64,000 bases of DNA from an uncultured Acidobacteriota bacterium (GTDB taxonomy: Bacteria; Acidobacteriota; Polarisedimenticolia; JACPZX01; DASXTC01): positions 130,971 through 194,970 of the forward strand of contig CAWDYA010000010.1 of NCBI GenBank assembly GCA_963806495.1, in the 5' to 3' direction. The translations under genes were made by a program, and so were the position numbers. This document shows, in pieces, positions 46,084 through 55,884 of this stretch. The notes beneath the pieces were generated by a model. It was not told where the DNA came from. It ran no database searches and saw only the letters and a list, made by a program, of their open reading frames with translations. How positions within the stretch are numbered: position 1 is the stretch's first letter; each line of letters starts with the position of its first letter.

Positions 46084-48996
46084 TCACTCGGTGCCGGCTG
46101 CCAGCACCTGGGATACGAGGTCGTCGACATCCTCGAGCCGGAACGGCTTGGACAGATACGGGTTGCCCGTCTCCTGGAAGAACGCCTGCGTTCCGGGGTT
46201 GACCGTGTCGCCGGTGGAGAAGATCATCCGCCTCAGGAGGTGGGGCTTGAGCTCGCTGACCGCTTCATACAGCTTCTGGCCCCCCATGTCAGGCATCTTC
46301 AGATCGGAGATGATGACGTCGTAGTCGGTCTGGCGGATCTTGTCGAGCGCCTGCCTGCCGTTGCCCGCCGTTTCGACATGGTGTCCCGAGCCCTCGAGCA
46401 GCGCGAGCAGCAGTTCGAGAATCGTCTCCTCGTCGTCCACGACGAGAATGTGTTTTCCCTGCGATGTCGCCTCCCTGAGGGGCGAAGCGGGTTCTGCCGT
46501 CTGGGTCACAGCACTTCCCTCCTCCTGGGCTGGGAGATCCACGGTGAACGTGGCGCCTTCGCCGGGAACGCTCGATACATGGATCCGCCCATCGTGCTCC
46601 TGCACGATGCCGTATGACAGCGACAGACCCAGACCCGTACCGCGACCGATCTCCTTGGTCGTGAAGAACGGGTCGAAGATCTTGCCGAGTTTGTCCTGAG
46701 GGATGCCGGGGCCGTTGTCGACGAACTCGACGCGGACCCGCCCTCCCTCCTGCCGGGTCCTCACCATGAGGGAACCCGGCCTCTTCACTTCCATCAGCGC
46801 CTGATGGGCGTTGTTGATGATGTTCACGAACACCTGCTGCAGCAGATGCGGGTCGGCCAGAACCGGCGCGAGCTTCGGCTCGAGGTCCACCTTGAGCTCG
46901 ACGTTGTCGACCTTGAGCTGATAGGAGCGCAGGTCGATCGTGTTTCTGAGGATCTCGTTCGTGTCGACGAGCTTCCGCTCGGGGTGATGCCCCCGGGCGA
47001 ACCCCAGCAGGTTCTGCACGATCCTCTGGCATCGCGCCGCTTCGCGCTGGATCCTCTCGAGGTTCTGCTTGATCTCGGGCGACGCCTTCGACGCCATCAG
47101 GAGCTGCGCGAAGCCCATCACGCCGGTGAGCGGGTTGTTGAGCTCGTGCGCCACCCCGGAGATCATCTCGCCCAGAGCCGACAGCTTCTCCGCCTGGATG
47201 AGCTGTTCCTGCGCCGCCTGCAGCTGTTTCATCGAGTCACGCAGCTTCACGTTCGCCTCGAGCACCTCTTCGTGCATCCGGCGGCGCTCCTCCTCAGCCT
47301 TCTTGAGCTCGCGCAGATCGGTGACGATGCCGAAGGAGCCCTGGTTCTCCCCGCTCCTCAGATAGGGGGTGACCCCCATGAGCACCGGGATCCGGGAGCC
47401 GTCCTTCGTGAGGAGCATCATCTCGAAGCGCGCCTCACCCGCGGCCCGGCGGTGCCGGCTCCGCTTTCGGAATTCCTCGACCGACGCGGTCTCCATGATG
47501 GCGTCGAGCTGTCTGCCGACGAGATCCGATGCCCGGCAGCCGGTCAGCTCCAGCATCGCCGGGTTGACGAAGGCGATCTTCTCTTCGAGATCGACCGTGA
47601 AGAGGCCGTCGTTCATCGTCTCGACCAGGGTGCGTTGCCGCTCGTTGGTCTTCTTCACCTCCTGGTCGAGCTTTTTCTCCTCGATGGCGTGCGCCACCTG
47701 GTTGGCGAACAGCTCGAGCGGCGAGATACTCTCCGCCGAGGGCCTCCTGCCGTCCGCCGGGTCGTCCACCGAGACGATCCCGACGATCTTGCGGTTCGAG
47801 CCGAACAGCGGGATGAAGAGGAAGTCGTCGGGATGCCAGTCCACCATCCCGTCCTCACCCTTTGCGCTGCGCACCCCTTCGTAGTACCAGCCCTCGTCAT
47901 GAGGGATGTAGTACGAGTTGCCCAGGCGGAACCGCTCCTGGAAAATGGTGACCCGCTCGCGCGAGGTGAGCTTGTTCTGGTGGAACACCTCAATCTCTCT
48001 CTCGCTCAGCCCGGCGAAGTACCACTGGTACCCGCGAAACTCGTCGTCGCACAGGGTCAGGATCGCCCGGTTGAACGTGGAGACGTCCCGGATGGCATCG
48101 ACGAACATCTTGCATACGAGGTCCAGATCCTTCTCCTGGAGGATCATGCTGCTGACCCGGGAGAACTCCTTGAGCTGCTGGAGGCTCCGCTGGGCCCTCT
48201 CCTCCTGCCGCCTCACGGCCTGCATGCTCCGGCGCGTGTCGCTCACGTCGATCGCCACCCAGATCACGCCGACGGGACGCTCCAGGGCATCCCGCAACAG
48301 CGCGCCGTTGAACGACAGCACCCTGTGCGCGCGGCCCGAATCGACCGCCAGGTCGAGCTCCTCGACCACCTCTCCAGCCACCACCGCCTGGAGCGCCTTC
48401 GTCGCCTTGTCCCGGTCCGCCTCGACGATGAGGGTGGAGATGGCGTTGCGGCCCAGCACGTCGGACAGCTCGATGCCGACGGTCTCACGGAACCTGCGGT
48501 TGATCAGCGTGGCGCGCCCGTCCACGTCCACGGCGAGGATGCAGGCGTTCACCGTCTCGAGGAGGCCGCGCGAGAGCTGTCTCTCCCGGCGAAGGAGCTC
48601 CATCATCCGCTCCTTCTCGGTGACGTCGTGGATCAGGGCGAGAACGAGGCTGCCGGCCAGCGGCTCGAGATGGATCGACACGGGGCGCGACCCTGACGTG
48701 GAGGGCCGTGTCAGCGCGGTGTCGACGAGGCTGCTCCCCTCCTCACGCGCACGGCGCACGGCGTCCTCGAGGAGGCCGGCATCCTGGGCCTCCACGAGGT
48801 CGACGAGGTGGAGCTCGGTGAGGCGTTCAGGCGACTGGCCCGCGAGGATCCCCGCGGCCGCGTTCGCCTCGAGGATGATTCCGCTGACGGCGTCGAGCAG
48901 GACGAGGCCGTCGGAGGAGCAGCGAAGGAGCGCACGATAAAGCTGCGGGCCGCTTCTCTCGATGGCAGTCTTTTCCCCCTGCTCGTTCGGGTCCAT
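46084..48996 (-). CDS. multi-PAS hybrid sensor histidine kinase with C-terminal receiver domain
   Basis: Several PAS/GAF-like modules, H-box 'AHELNNPLTGV', N/G1/G2 boxes ('DNGPGI', 'GTGLGLS'), then REC 'ILVVDDEETILELL...DVIISDLKMPDMGG...KP'. 970 aa. Confidence 0.85.
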   Translation of the reverse strand: MDPNEQGEKTAIERSGPQLYRALLRCSSDGLVLLDAVSGIILEANAAAGILAGQSPERLTELHLVDLVEAQDAGLLEDAVRRAREEGSSLVDTALTRPSTSGSRPVSIHLEPLAGSLVLALIHDVTEKERMMELLRRERQLSRGLLETVNACILAVDVDGRATLINRRFRETVGIELSDVLGRNAISTLIVEADRDKATKALQAVVAGEVVEELDLAVDSGRAHRVLSFNGALLRDALERPVGVIWVAIDVSDTRRSMQAVRRQEERAQRSLQQLKEFSRVSSMILQEKDLDLVCKMFVDAIRDVSTFNRAILTLCDDEFRGYQWYFAGLSEREIEVFHQNKLTSRERVTIFQERFRLGNSYYIPHDEGWYYEGVRSAKGEDGMVDWHPDDFLFIPLFGSNRKIVGIVSVDDPADGRRPSAESISPLELFANQVAHAIEEKKLDQEVKKTNERQRTLVETMNDGLFTVDLEEKIAFVNPAMLELTGCRASDLVGRQLDAIMETASVEEFRKRSRHRRAAGEARFEMMLLTKDGSRIPVLMGVTPYLRSGENQGSFGIVTDLRELKKAEEERRRMHEEVLEANVKLRDSMKQLQAAQEQLIQAEKLSALGEMISGVAHELNNPLTGVMGFAQLLMASKASPEIKQNLERIQREAARCQRIVQNLLGFARGHHPERKLVDTNEILRNTIDLRSYQLKVDNVELKVDLEPKLAPVLADPHLLQQVFVNIINNAHQALMEVKRPGSLMVRTRQEGGRVRVEFVDNGPGIPQDKLGKIFDPFFTTKEIGRGTGLGLSLSYGIVQEHDGRIHVSSVPGEGATFTVDLPAQEEGSAVTQTAEPASPLREATSQGKHILVVDDEETILELLLALLEGSGHHVETAGNGRQALDKIRQTDYDVIISDLKMPDMGGQKLYEAVSELKPHLLRRMIFSTGDTVNPGTQAFFQETGNPYLSKPFRLEDVDDLVSQVLAAGTE

Positions 48997-49037
48997 CCGA
49001 TGGTCTCCCGCGCCCGGAGGCGGTTGAGCGGAGGTGC

Positions 49038-49616
49038 TTACTGGACGGTCTCGAGCAGTCTGGCGACCTCCTTGCGGAGGTTATCCTGCTGGACCGGCTT
49101 GGGAAGGCACAGATCGACGCCCACCTTGTAGGCACGCTCCATGGCTCCCTGCTCGGGCTGTCCGGCCAGGGCGACGACCTTGATCCCCACGGTATCCGGG
49201 TCGAGCTTGATGCGCTTGCATACATCGACCGCGTCCATGTTCGGGGCCATGATGTCCAGGATGATCAGGTCGGGTTTGAACGAGCCGATCTTGAGGCCGG
49301 CCTCGTACCCGTCGCGTGCGGACAGGATGCTGAAGACCGAGGCCTCCCCTCCGAGCGCGCGGGTGATGGCGTCGAGACCGCCCTGCTGGTCGTCGAGCAC
49401 GAGGATCTTCTTTCGCTCCTCGGAGAAGAACTCCGAGTCGACGGGCATGCCGTATCTTTCGAGAAATTCCTTGAAGTCGCTCTTGCGAATTCTGTAATGC
49501 CCGCCGGGGGTCGAGTAGGCGCGCAGCTTCTTGGCCTTGATCCACTTCACGACGCCGTCGTTGGTCACCTGGCAGTACGCGGCGACCTCGGAGGTGGTAA
49601 GGAGCCTGTCATTCAT
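49038..49616 (-). CDS. response regulator with N-terminal excisionase/MerR-type HTH (HTH_17) and C-terminal receiver
   Basis: 'LLTTSEVAAYCQVTNDGVVKWIKAKKLRAYSTPGGHYRIRKSDF' HTH, then REC 'ILVLDD...DLIILDIMAPNMDAV...KVVALAG'. 41 bp upstream of the hybrid kinase on the same strand. The 5' part of ORF-track entry 49038..50105 was discarded. Confidence 0.7.
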   Translation of the reverse strand: MNDRLLTTSEVAAYCQVTNDGVVKWIKAKKLRAYSTPGGHYRIRKSDFKEFLERYGMPVDSEFFSEERKKILVLDDQQGGLDAITRALGGEASVFSILSARDGYEAGLKIGSFKPDLIILDIMAPNMDAVDVCKRIKLDPDTVGIKVVALAGQPEQGAMERAYKVGVDLCLPKPVQQDNLRKEVARLLETVQ

Positions 49617-49911
49617 GGAGTTCCTGCCTCGCAGCGGACGCTCCTGATCACTCCGGCCCGCGAGAGCGTTCAGGATTCGTGGTTTTTGTGTAAATACCTG
49701 ATTTCCGGGCTGCGCAAATGTAGGGCTGGCCAACGAGGCAGTCAAACCGACAATACAGGAATATTCGGAACCTGCCGGCACTCCCGCGTGCTCACCCACA
49801 ACAGACCCGAAAATCGGACGATTCACTCTGGACCGCGGCCCGAATAACAGTAAATTGAAGAAAATACTGCACAGGTTCCACCCACTGAATTCATTCCCGG
49901 GGGGGCGTTTC

Positions 49912-50541
49912 ATGCGGCTGCTGAGCACCGTGATGGTAAAGCTCGCGTGCGGCCTGACCCTGGTTGCGGCGCTCGCACTCGGCGCCGTGCCGGCCGCCGC
50001 GTCGATCATGAGGTTCCTGCCTGTCGAGGAGTTGGCCCGGGCGTCGACCCGGGTGGTCAGGGCCAGGGTAACCGGCCGATCGGTCCACTGGACCGCCGAC
50101 CACAAGGGGATCTACACCGAGATCGACGTGGTGGTAGTCGGTCCGGCCATCAAGTGGCGGGGCGAGCCGGCCACGGCAGCCGCGGGCAGGCGTCTGACCA
50201 TCATCCAGGCGGGGGGCGTCATCGACGGCGTGTCGCTCGACTGGACGGGGCGCCCGACCTTCAGGAAGGGTGAGGATCTGGTGCTGTTTCTCGACGCGTA
50301 CGACGAGGGGAACCCCTCCGATGCCCGGTTGCTGGTGGTGGGGGGCAAGCAGGGGCGCATGAAGGTACTGCCCGATCCCGGCGGATCCGGCGCGCTGATG
50401 GTCGAGCGGGACCTCGCGGGGGTACTCGACGCCCCGTTCGTCGACTCGGGCACGCCCGATGCGGGCTCCCATAGGCGTGATCTGCTGAAACTGGACGACT
50501 TGCGGGCCCGGGTGCTCGCCACGCCGGGAGGCCCCCGATGA
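49912..50541 (+). CDS. hypothetical secreted protein, translationally coupled to the matrixin gene
   Basis: Signal peptide (MRLLSTVMVKLACGLTLVAALALGAVPAAAS), 209 aa. Its stop overlaps the ATG of the downstream metalloprotease (ATGA). Confidence 0.45.
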   Translation: MRLLSTVMVKLACGLTLVAALALGAVPAAASIMRFLPVEELARASTRVVRARVTGRSVHWTADHKGIYTEIDVVVVGPAIKWRGEPATAAAGRRLTIIQAGGVIDGVSLDWTGRPTFRKGEDLVLFLDAYDEGNPSDARLLVVGGKQGRMKVLPDPGGSGALMVERDLAGVLDAPFVDSGTPDAGSHRRDLLKLDDLRARVLATPGGPR

Positions 50542-52316
50542 GCCCGGCGACGCGGCGCCCCGTCCCGGCCCTGCTCCTGGCGGCCCTGCTCCTGGCGGTC
50601 CCTTCGGCCGCGTTCGGGTTCGTCCGCTCCACGCTGAGCGCAACCGACGCGACCCCCCTGAGATGGGATCTCGACGAGACGATGCTCCCGCTGTCGAACG
50701 TGCAGTCAGGCGAGATCGTCTGGGTCTTCGATGTGGCCGGTAGCAGCAACCTGCCGGGGCCGGAGGATGCCGAGGCGGTCCAGCGGGCCTTCGACCACTG
50801 GGAGGGGATCGGCAGCTCGCGCGTCGCCTTCGTGCGGGGCGCCGACCAGGATGTCCAGGCCGCCAACAACGACGGGATCAACGTGGTGTACTGGGCCGAG
50901 GGCGCGCACACGGTAATCGGCGGCACGAACACCAGCGTCACCGGGTTCGTCTCGCTGACGCCGGTGTTCAGCGTGGCGTCGGGCGCCAACAAGGGCCTCA
51001 TCATGGACGCCAACATCGTGCTCAACGGCCGTCAGGAAACCTGGACCGTCACCCCCGAAAGCGACGGTTTCTGGGATGTCGAGGCGGTAGTGACGCACGA
51101 GATCGGCCACTTCATCGGTCTGGATCACAGCCCGGTGCTCGGCTCGTCGATGGCGCCGCGGTTCCTCAGCGGCGAGTCCCGGATGCGGATGCTTCAGCTC
51201 GACGACATCCTCGGCGCGTCCACGATCTACCCCGACGGCGACTTCTCGACGGCGTACGGGGCCATCAACGGCAGCGTGGGACGTCCGGCCGGCGTGTTCG
51301 GCGCGCTGGTGACCGTGCTCGACAGCGGCGGCCGTGTGATCCAGGAATCGATCACGGCGGCCAACGGAGCCTACACGGCGCCCGGCCTCGCAAGCGACGA
51401 TTACGATGTCTACGTCGAGCCGGTCGACGCGACGCCGGCCTCCTCGACCAACCTGTTCGACGAAACCGACCTCGGAGGCGTGTACGGGGCCACGGTGGAT
51501 CCCAACTTCTTCGCCGCGCTCCCCCTGCTCACCACGGTCACCGCACCCGATTCGACGGTCCGGTCTTTCCTGGTCGGCGGCACCCCGCCCGCGATCAACA
51601 TCGCCAAGATCGGCGGCCGGGCCTCGACACTGGCCAGCCTCGTGTTCAGAACGGCCCCGACGTTTCTCGTGGCCGGAGACAGCGACGTCCTGCTCGGCTT
51701 CGCGGGGCCGAACCTCGATTCCTCCGTGGTCGTGGAGATCACCGGCCCCGGCATCACGGACAACGGCCTCGTCAGCACCGGCTCCGTGGACGGAGAGCCA
51801 TACGTCGTCCGGTCGTACACGGTCAGCCCGTCGGCACCGCAGGGGCTGCGCAGCGTGCGCATCAACGCGGGCGGCGCCGGCAGGACATACGCCACCGGTG
51901 CGATCCGGGTCTACCCGAACCTCGCGATGAACTTCGCCTCCCCGGGCGTCTTCTTCGCTGTGCCGGGCGAGGTGAACCGCGGACTCGGGCCCCAGATCCC
52001 GCTCACGCTGACCTTGAGCGGCAACGACGTGGACATGCTCTGGGACGACGAGCCGGGAGCGTACGGGTACAACGTCTACCGCGGCAGCCTGACCTCGCTC
52101 AAGGGGGGTATCTATGACCACGCGCCGATTCCCGGTGACGTCAACGGGCAGTGCCGTCTCACGACGCCATACACGGTTCTGAAGGGGGAGGCGCTCGATC
52201 CGTCGCCGGTCTACTACCTCGTGACGGCCTTCAACAATGTCGGCGAGGGGATCATCGGGCGTAACAGCTCCAACCAGCCGATCCCGGGCCCGGCGACACC
52301 CTGCCCGGTCCCCTGA
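50538..52316 (+). CDS. secreted matrixin-like (M10-type) zinc metalloprotease with a large C-terminal beta-rich domain
   Basis: Signal peptide and zinc motif 'HEIGHFIGLDHS' (HExxHxxGxxH) followed by a Met-turn region; ~350-aa C-terminal extension. Confidence 0.7.
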   Translation: MSPATRRPVPALLLAALLLAVPSAAFGFVRSTLSATDATPLRWDLDETMLPLSNVQSGEIVWVFDVAGSSNLPGPEDAEAVQRAFDHWEGIGSSRVAFVRGADQDVQAANNDGINVVYWAEGAHTVIGGTNTSVTGFVSLTPVFSVASGANKGLIMDANIVLNGRQETWTVTPESDGFWDVEAVVTHEIGHFIGLDHSPVLGSSMAPRFLSGESRMRMLQLDDILGASTIYPDGDFSTAYGAINGSVGRPAGVFGALVTVLDSGGRVIQESITAANGAYTAPGLASDDYDVYVEPVDATPASSTNLFDETDLGGVYGATVDPNFFAALPLLTTVTAPDSTVRSFLVGGTPPAINIAKIGGRASTLASLVFRTAPTFLVAGDSDVLLGFAGPNLDSSVVVEITGPGITDNGLVSTGSVDGEPYVVRSYTVSPSAPQGLRSVRINAGGAGRTYATGAIRVYPNLAMNFASPGVFFAVPGEVNRGLGPQIPLTLTLSGNDVDMLWDDEPGAYGYNVYRGSLTSLKGGIYDHAPIPGDVNGQCRLTTPYTVLKGEALDPSPVYYLVTAFNNVGEGIIGRNSSNQPIPGPATPCPVP

Positions 52317-52344
52317 TCGGGGCATCCCCCCCCCGGAGATCGCG

Positions 52345-52716
52345 TCAGGCGCCGTCGCCCGACCGTGGGATGATCCGATCCAGCTCCGCGCGCGGATATC
52401 CCTCGCGGGCGGGGTGTGGTGCCATGGTCACGAGGACCACACAGTCCTCGACCGCCTGGATGCGATGGAACCGGTTCGGCTCCAGAAGAACGATAGAGCC
52501 GGGCCGCGCGTCCTGGGGGACGCCGTCGGCGTAGAAGATCCCGCGCCCCTTCAGGAAGTGAGCGATCACCTGGCTGGACGACCGGTGGTCACGAACCGAC
52601 TGCCCCGCCCGCAGGCAGACCAGCATCACCCGGGCGTGTCCGGAGTCCGCCACGGGTCTCACGAGCGGCTTGTCCTCGTCGAACGCGACGAGCGAGTCAA
52701 TCTCGATCTGCAGCAT
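52345..52716 (-). CDS. cupin-domain protein
   Basis: 123 aa with a cupin-like two-motif core (G-x5-HxH-like 'RDHRSSSQVIAHFLKGRGIF...GSIVLLEPNRFHRIQA'). Confidence 0.5.
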   Translation of the reverse strand: MLQIEIDSLVAFDEDKPLVRPVADSGHARVMLVCLRAGQSVRDHRSSSQVIAHFLKGRGIFYADGVPQDARPGSIVLLEPNRFHRIQAVEDCVVLVTMAPHPAREGYPRAELDRIIPRSGDGA

Positions 52717-52852
52717 CCTCCGAGGCTACCAGACCCACCAGGAGGTTCGCCAGTCCCCCGGCCGGTGCAACCGGCAGCGTAGCTGTGCTAGGGTGAGTCG
52801 ACCGCACCCCGCGTCTCGCATCGTGAAGCGGGGGCGGCCCGGAGGCCAGCGC

Positions 52853-53065
52853 ATGAAGATAGTCGTGGACCGCGGCAAGTGCATTGCAGCCGCCAACTGC
52901 ATCGGGCTCGCCCCCCGCGTCTTCCGCCTCGATGGATCTCGCAAGGCGGTCGTGATCGGGACCGAAGGAACTGACGAGGCGACAATCATCGAAGCCGCGG
53001 AGGCCTGCCCCACGCAGGCGATCCAGCTGTTCGAGGACGGGTCGGGCGAGAAGCTCTTCCCGTAG
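52853..53065 (+). CDS. small single-cluster ferredoxin (3Fe-4S/4Fe-4S type)
   Basis: 'MKIVVDRGKCIAAANCIGLAP...EACPTQAI' (C-x5-C...CP). GGAGG Shine-Dalgarno 8 nt upstream; 70 aa. Confidence 0.7.
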   Translation: MKIVVDRGKCIAAANCIGLAPRVFRLDGSRKAVVIGTEGTDEATIIEAAEACPTQAIQLFEDGSGEKLFP

Positions 53066-53128
53066 TCGTGCGCGGCGCGCGTTGCGCACCGCGCCGCCCC
53101 TGTGGTATCGTTCGGCCCCTCATCGACA

Positions 53129-53205
53129 GGGCCCTTAGCTCAGCTGGATAGAGCGTCTGACTACGAATCAGAAGGTCGGGTGTTCGAATCACCCAGGGCC
53201 CACCA
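53129..53205 (+). tRNA. tRNA-Arg (anticodon ACG), CCA encoded
   Basis: Cloverleaf read by eye: acceptor GGGCCCT/AGGGCCC, D arm GCTC-AGCTGGAT-AGAGC, anticodon stem TCTGA/TCAGA with loop CTACGAA, T arm GGGTG-TTCGAAT-CACCC, discriminator A, then CCA. Confidence 0.85.
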
Positions 53206-53230
53206 GCACTCTTCCCGTGACGGCGGGGAC

Positions 53231-53814
53231 TTAGCCGTACAGCCTTCCGGCCGATTCCCTCGTTGTCACCAGGTTGTCACCACGAGGTTCGGCGGGAGCG
53301 TCCAGGCTGTTCACGGCCGCCTTGTTCTCCATCGGCAGCCATCGGCCGTAGGTGTCCACCGTGAGTTGGATGGACGGGTGGCCGAGTTGCCGTTGCACGT
53401 AGGAGGGACTCACGCCGCTCTGCAGCAGGATGCTGGCGAACGAGTGGCGCAGGCAGTGAGGGTGGAGAAGTGCGCGGGCAGCTTGGCGGGCCTCAGGAGG
53501 GCCCTGAGAGCCTTGCCGACGGCGCTACGGTCCAACGGTGTGCCCGCCTCCGTGAAGAAGATCCACTCCGGTAGTTCTCCCCACCCGCGTTCGAGCATGG
53601 TGGCCATACAGGAGACCCGGTGTTTTTGCAGCATGTCGCGCAGGGCGGCGCTCATGTCCACCCGGCGTGACTTCCCGCTCTTGGGGGTCCCCTCCAGGCC
53701 ATCGGTAATCGACCGCTCCACCCGGACCTCCCGGCGTTCCATGTCGATGTCGGCCCACTCGAGTCCTATCGCCTCCCCCAGCCTCGTGCCGGTCCGGGCC
53801 ATCAGGAAGAACAA
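53231..53814 (-). pseudogene. tyrosine recombinase/phage-type integrase, C-terminal catalytic domain only (N-terminal ~200 aa deleted) with one internal frameshift near 53445
   Basis: 'LMARTGTRLGEAIGLEWADIDMERREVRV' (start of the catalytic domain) in 53410..53814. '...HCLRHSFASILLQSGVSPSYVQRQLGHPSIQLTVDTYGRWL' (R-H-R-Y region with catalytic Tyr) is spread over a -1 frame and ORF 53231..53413. Only 146 bp remain upstream, too short for the N-terminal domain. Confidence 0.8.
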
Positions 53815-53961
53815 GGGGTCTCACTCAGTACCCGCCCAACACCTGAGCTGACCGGGCGGCGGCAGAGGCGTCGATTATGGATTCCGCGCCCATCCGCCGC
53901 TCCGGTTGAGCGACCTGCTAGCTGGCCTGACGAATCCCAAACCTCAGGCCGATTCATTGTG

Positions 53962-55371
53962 CTAGGGCACTTGCTTCACCGCCGGAGGGTTCCATTTGCC
54001 GGTGAGGGCATCGGGCTTCGGGGCGTAGAGACGCATGGTCAGGTTGAACAGCTCTTTGGGCGCGGGAAGCCAATTGGCTTCCAGATCCTTGCCGGGACTT
54101 TCGTTCTGGAAATACAGATCGAGCGAACCATCGGCATTGGTCTTGAACGGCATGTAACTGCTAAGCGCGAAGCGATTCAGCGCGTTGCCGACCTGGAAGC
54201 CCTCTCCGTCATAGAGCGTGATCGACCAGAAGGCGTTCACGGGCGGTGTTGCGCCCTTGGCGAAGTGAATGGTGTACTTGTTCGCGCCACTCAGCGGCTT
54301 GCCGGCTTCATCGCCGAGGTTCAGCGGATAGATCGCATCCTCGGGGAGATTCGCGCCAAGGCCCAGCTGGGTGACGATGGCACGCTTGAGGTAGTAGTTG
54401 CCGTACACGCCCATCGTGTCGGTATTCATCGACCAGCCGTTGGCGACCCGGGCCACCGTCGGCAGTTTCCACGCCATGAGTTTCTGGCCTTCAGCCGGGG
54501 CGGCTTCGAGGGCGCCTCGAATCACCGTGTCAACGTTCTTGATATCGAAACTCTTGCCAGGTTCGATTCCAAGGCGCTTCATCTGCGCAATGATCGGCTG
54601 GTCGGTGACATGAGGCGGATTCAGTTTCATCAGTTCCGCTGCATAGGCGAAGTACTTATCCGCGGGCATGGTGTCGACCTGGGTCTTGGGCGGGGTCTTC
54701 ATGTCCACACTCGGATCGATCTTTACAGTCATCTGGGCGGGCGGCTTGCCCCAACTCGAGAGCGGGGTGATTTTGTAGCCCGCCTGGATCTTATTAACAG
54801 CAGGGTAATCGGCGGAGCCGTCGGTCTTGGTGCGGCCGATTACCCAGACATATGGTGTCGGTGCGGGAATGTGCGAGAAGCCGCTCGGCACCTCGCCCGT
54901 CCAGCCGGGAGGCGTGACAAGGAAGTTACCGGCCTGAGTGCCGGTGGTTCGCCAACCCGGCGAAGCGAAAACGTCAGTCCACATGTCGAGCATGGGCAGC
55001 AGGTAGTACCGGCCATCGGTATCCGGTGCGGAGACGATCAGCGGTTCCTTCGTCAGGTCCAACCAGGCGACGGAATAGAGCGTGTCGAAGTTGACACGCA
55101 CGACGATTTTCAGATCGGCAGGCGGGTACTCCGGGACGCTGACGAACATGTTCATCGGTGCCTTGCCGAGCTCTTTGCCGGGTTCAACGTTCGTGCTTTG
55201 CAGACGGGTAATGTCCATCGACACCAGCGGGTAGAAGTAGATATAGGCGTCCACGGCGATGGCACGCGCCTCCGCTGCGCCGACCTTGTCTTGGGCGTGA
55301 GCCTGGATCTGTGGAAGCGCAAGCAGCGCCATGATGCACCCAAACGCGATGAGTCTCGTGCGTTTCATCAT
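53962..55371 (-). CDS. secreted DUF1254/DUF1214-domain protein (island cargo)
   Basis: Signal peptide (MMKRTRLIAFGCIMALLALPQIQAHA). 469 aa with DUF1254-like N-half ('YIYFYPLVSMD...NFDTLYSVAWLDL') and DUF1214-like C-half ('NAFWSITLYD'). GC by eye ~58-60% with many AAA/GAA/AAG codons, unlike neighbouring genes. Confidence 0.7.
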   Translation of the reverse strand: MMKRTRLIAFGCIMALLALPQIQAHAQDKVGAAEARAIAVDAYIYFYPLVSMDITRLQSTNVEPGKELGKAPMNMFVSVPEYPPADLKIVVRVNFDTLYSVAWLDLTKEPLIVSAPDTDGRYYLLPMLDMWTDVFASPGWRTTGTQAGNFLVTPPGWTGEVPSGFSHIPAPTPYVWVIGRTKTDGSADYPAVNKIQAGYKITPLSSWGKPPAQMTVKIDPSVDMKTPPKTQVDTMPADKYFAYAAELMKLNPPHVTDQPIIAQMKRLGIEPGKSFDIKNVDTVIRGALEAAPAEGQKLMAWKLPTVARVANGWSMNTDTMGVYGNYYLKRAIVTQLGLGANLPEDAIYPLNLGDEAGKPLSGANKYTIHFAKGATPPVNAFWSITLYDGEGFQVGNALNRFALSSYMPFKTNADGSLDLYFQNESPGKDLEANWLPAPKELFNLTMRLYAPKPDALTGKWNPPAVKQVP

Positions 55372-55884
55372 CTTGTGTCTCCTTTGGTATTGAATCGGAT
55401 GAAAAACTGGGGAGCTAACGCTGAGCGTAGCCGGCGGCGGGTGAGTATGCGGACGACGTCCGCGCCGAGCCCGACGGCCCGCCGGCAGGTTGACGCTGCA
55501 GTTAGAATGGTGCTCGACCTACAGGTGGCGCCCACCGGAGCCACCGACCTGCCCTCAAGCATACGCCCGAAGGCGGCAGCCCGGAAGGGTCGTTGGTACG
55601 CCGGTCCCTCGGTGTTTACCTGCAGGTGCCAACCCCAGAGCCACGGCCTGGCCCTTCCCTATCCCTATGAGACACGCACCCGCCAGCCAAGGTGGCCCAC
55701 CAACGTGATGCCGTTTCCGTGAAATCGGCACGAGGATCACCACGGCAGACGACATGATGAAAGAACAAAGAAGGAAGACACGATTGGTTCTTGAGGCTAC
55801 ATTCTAACTAGAACCTATCTCAAAATCAATTCGACAATCGATCTCCTGATGCGGTATCATGACGCGCGCTGCTTCAGTTGAGCG

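Noticed and set aside
46804-48696. 630-aa + strand ORF
   Set aside because: Antisense to the hybrid histidine kinase, which has unambiguous H, N, G1, G2 and REC motifs.
53065-53128. GC-rich hairpin (GCGGCGCG...CGCGCCGC) after the ferredoxin gene as an intrinsic terminator
   Set aside because: No following T-tract, so it cannot be called a rho-independent terminator by sequence alone.
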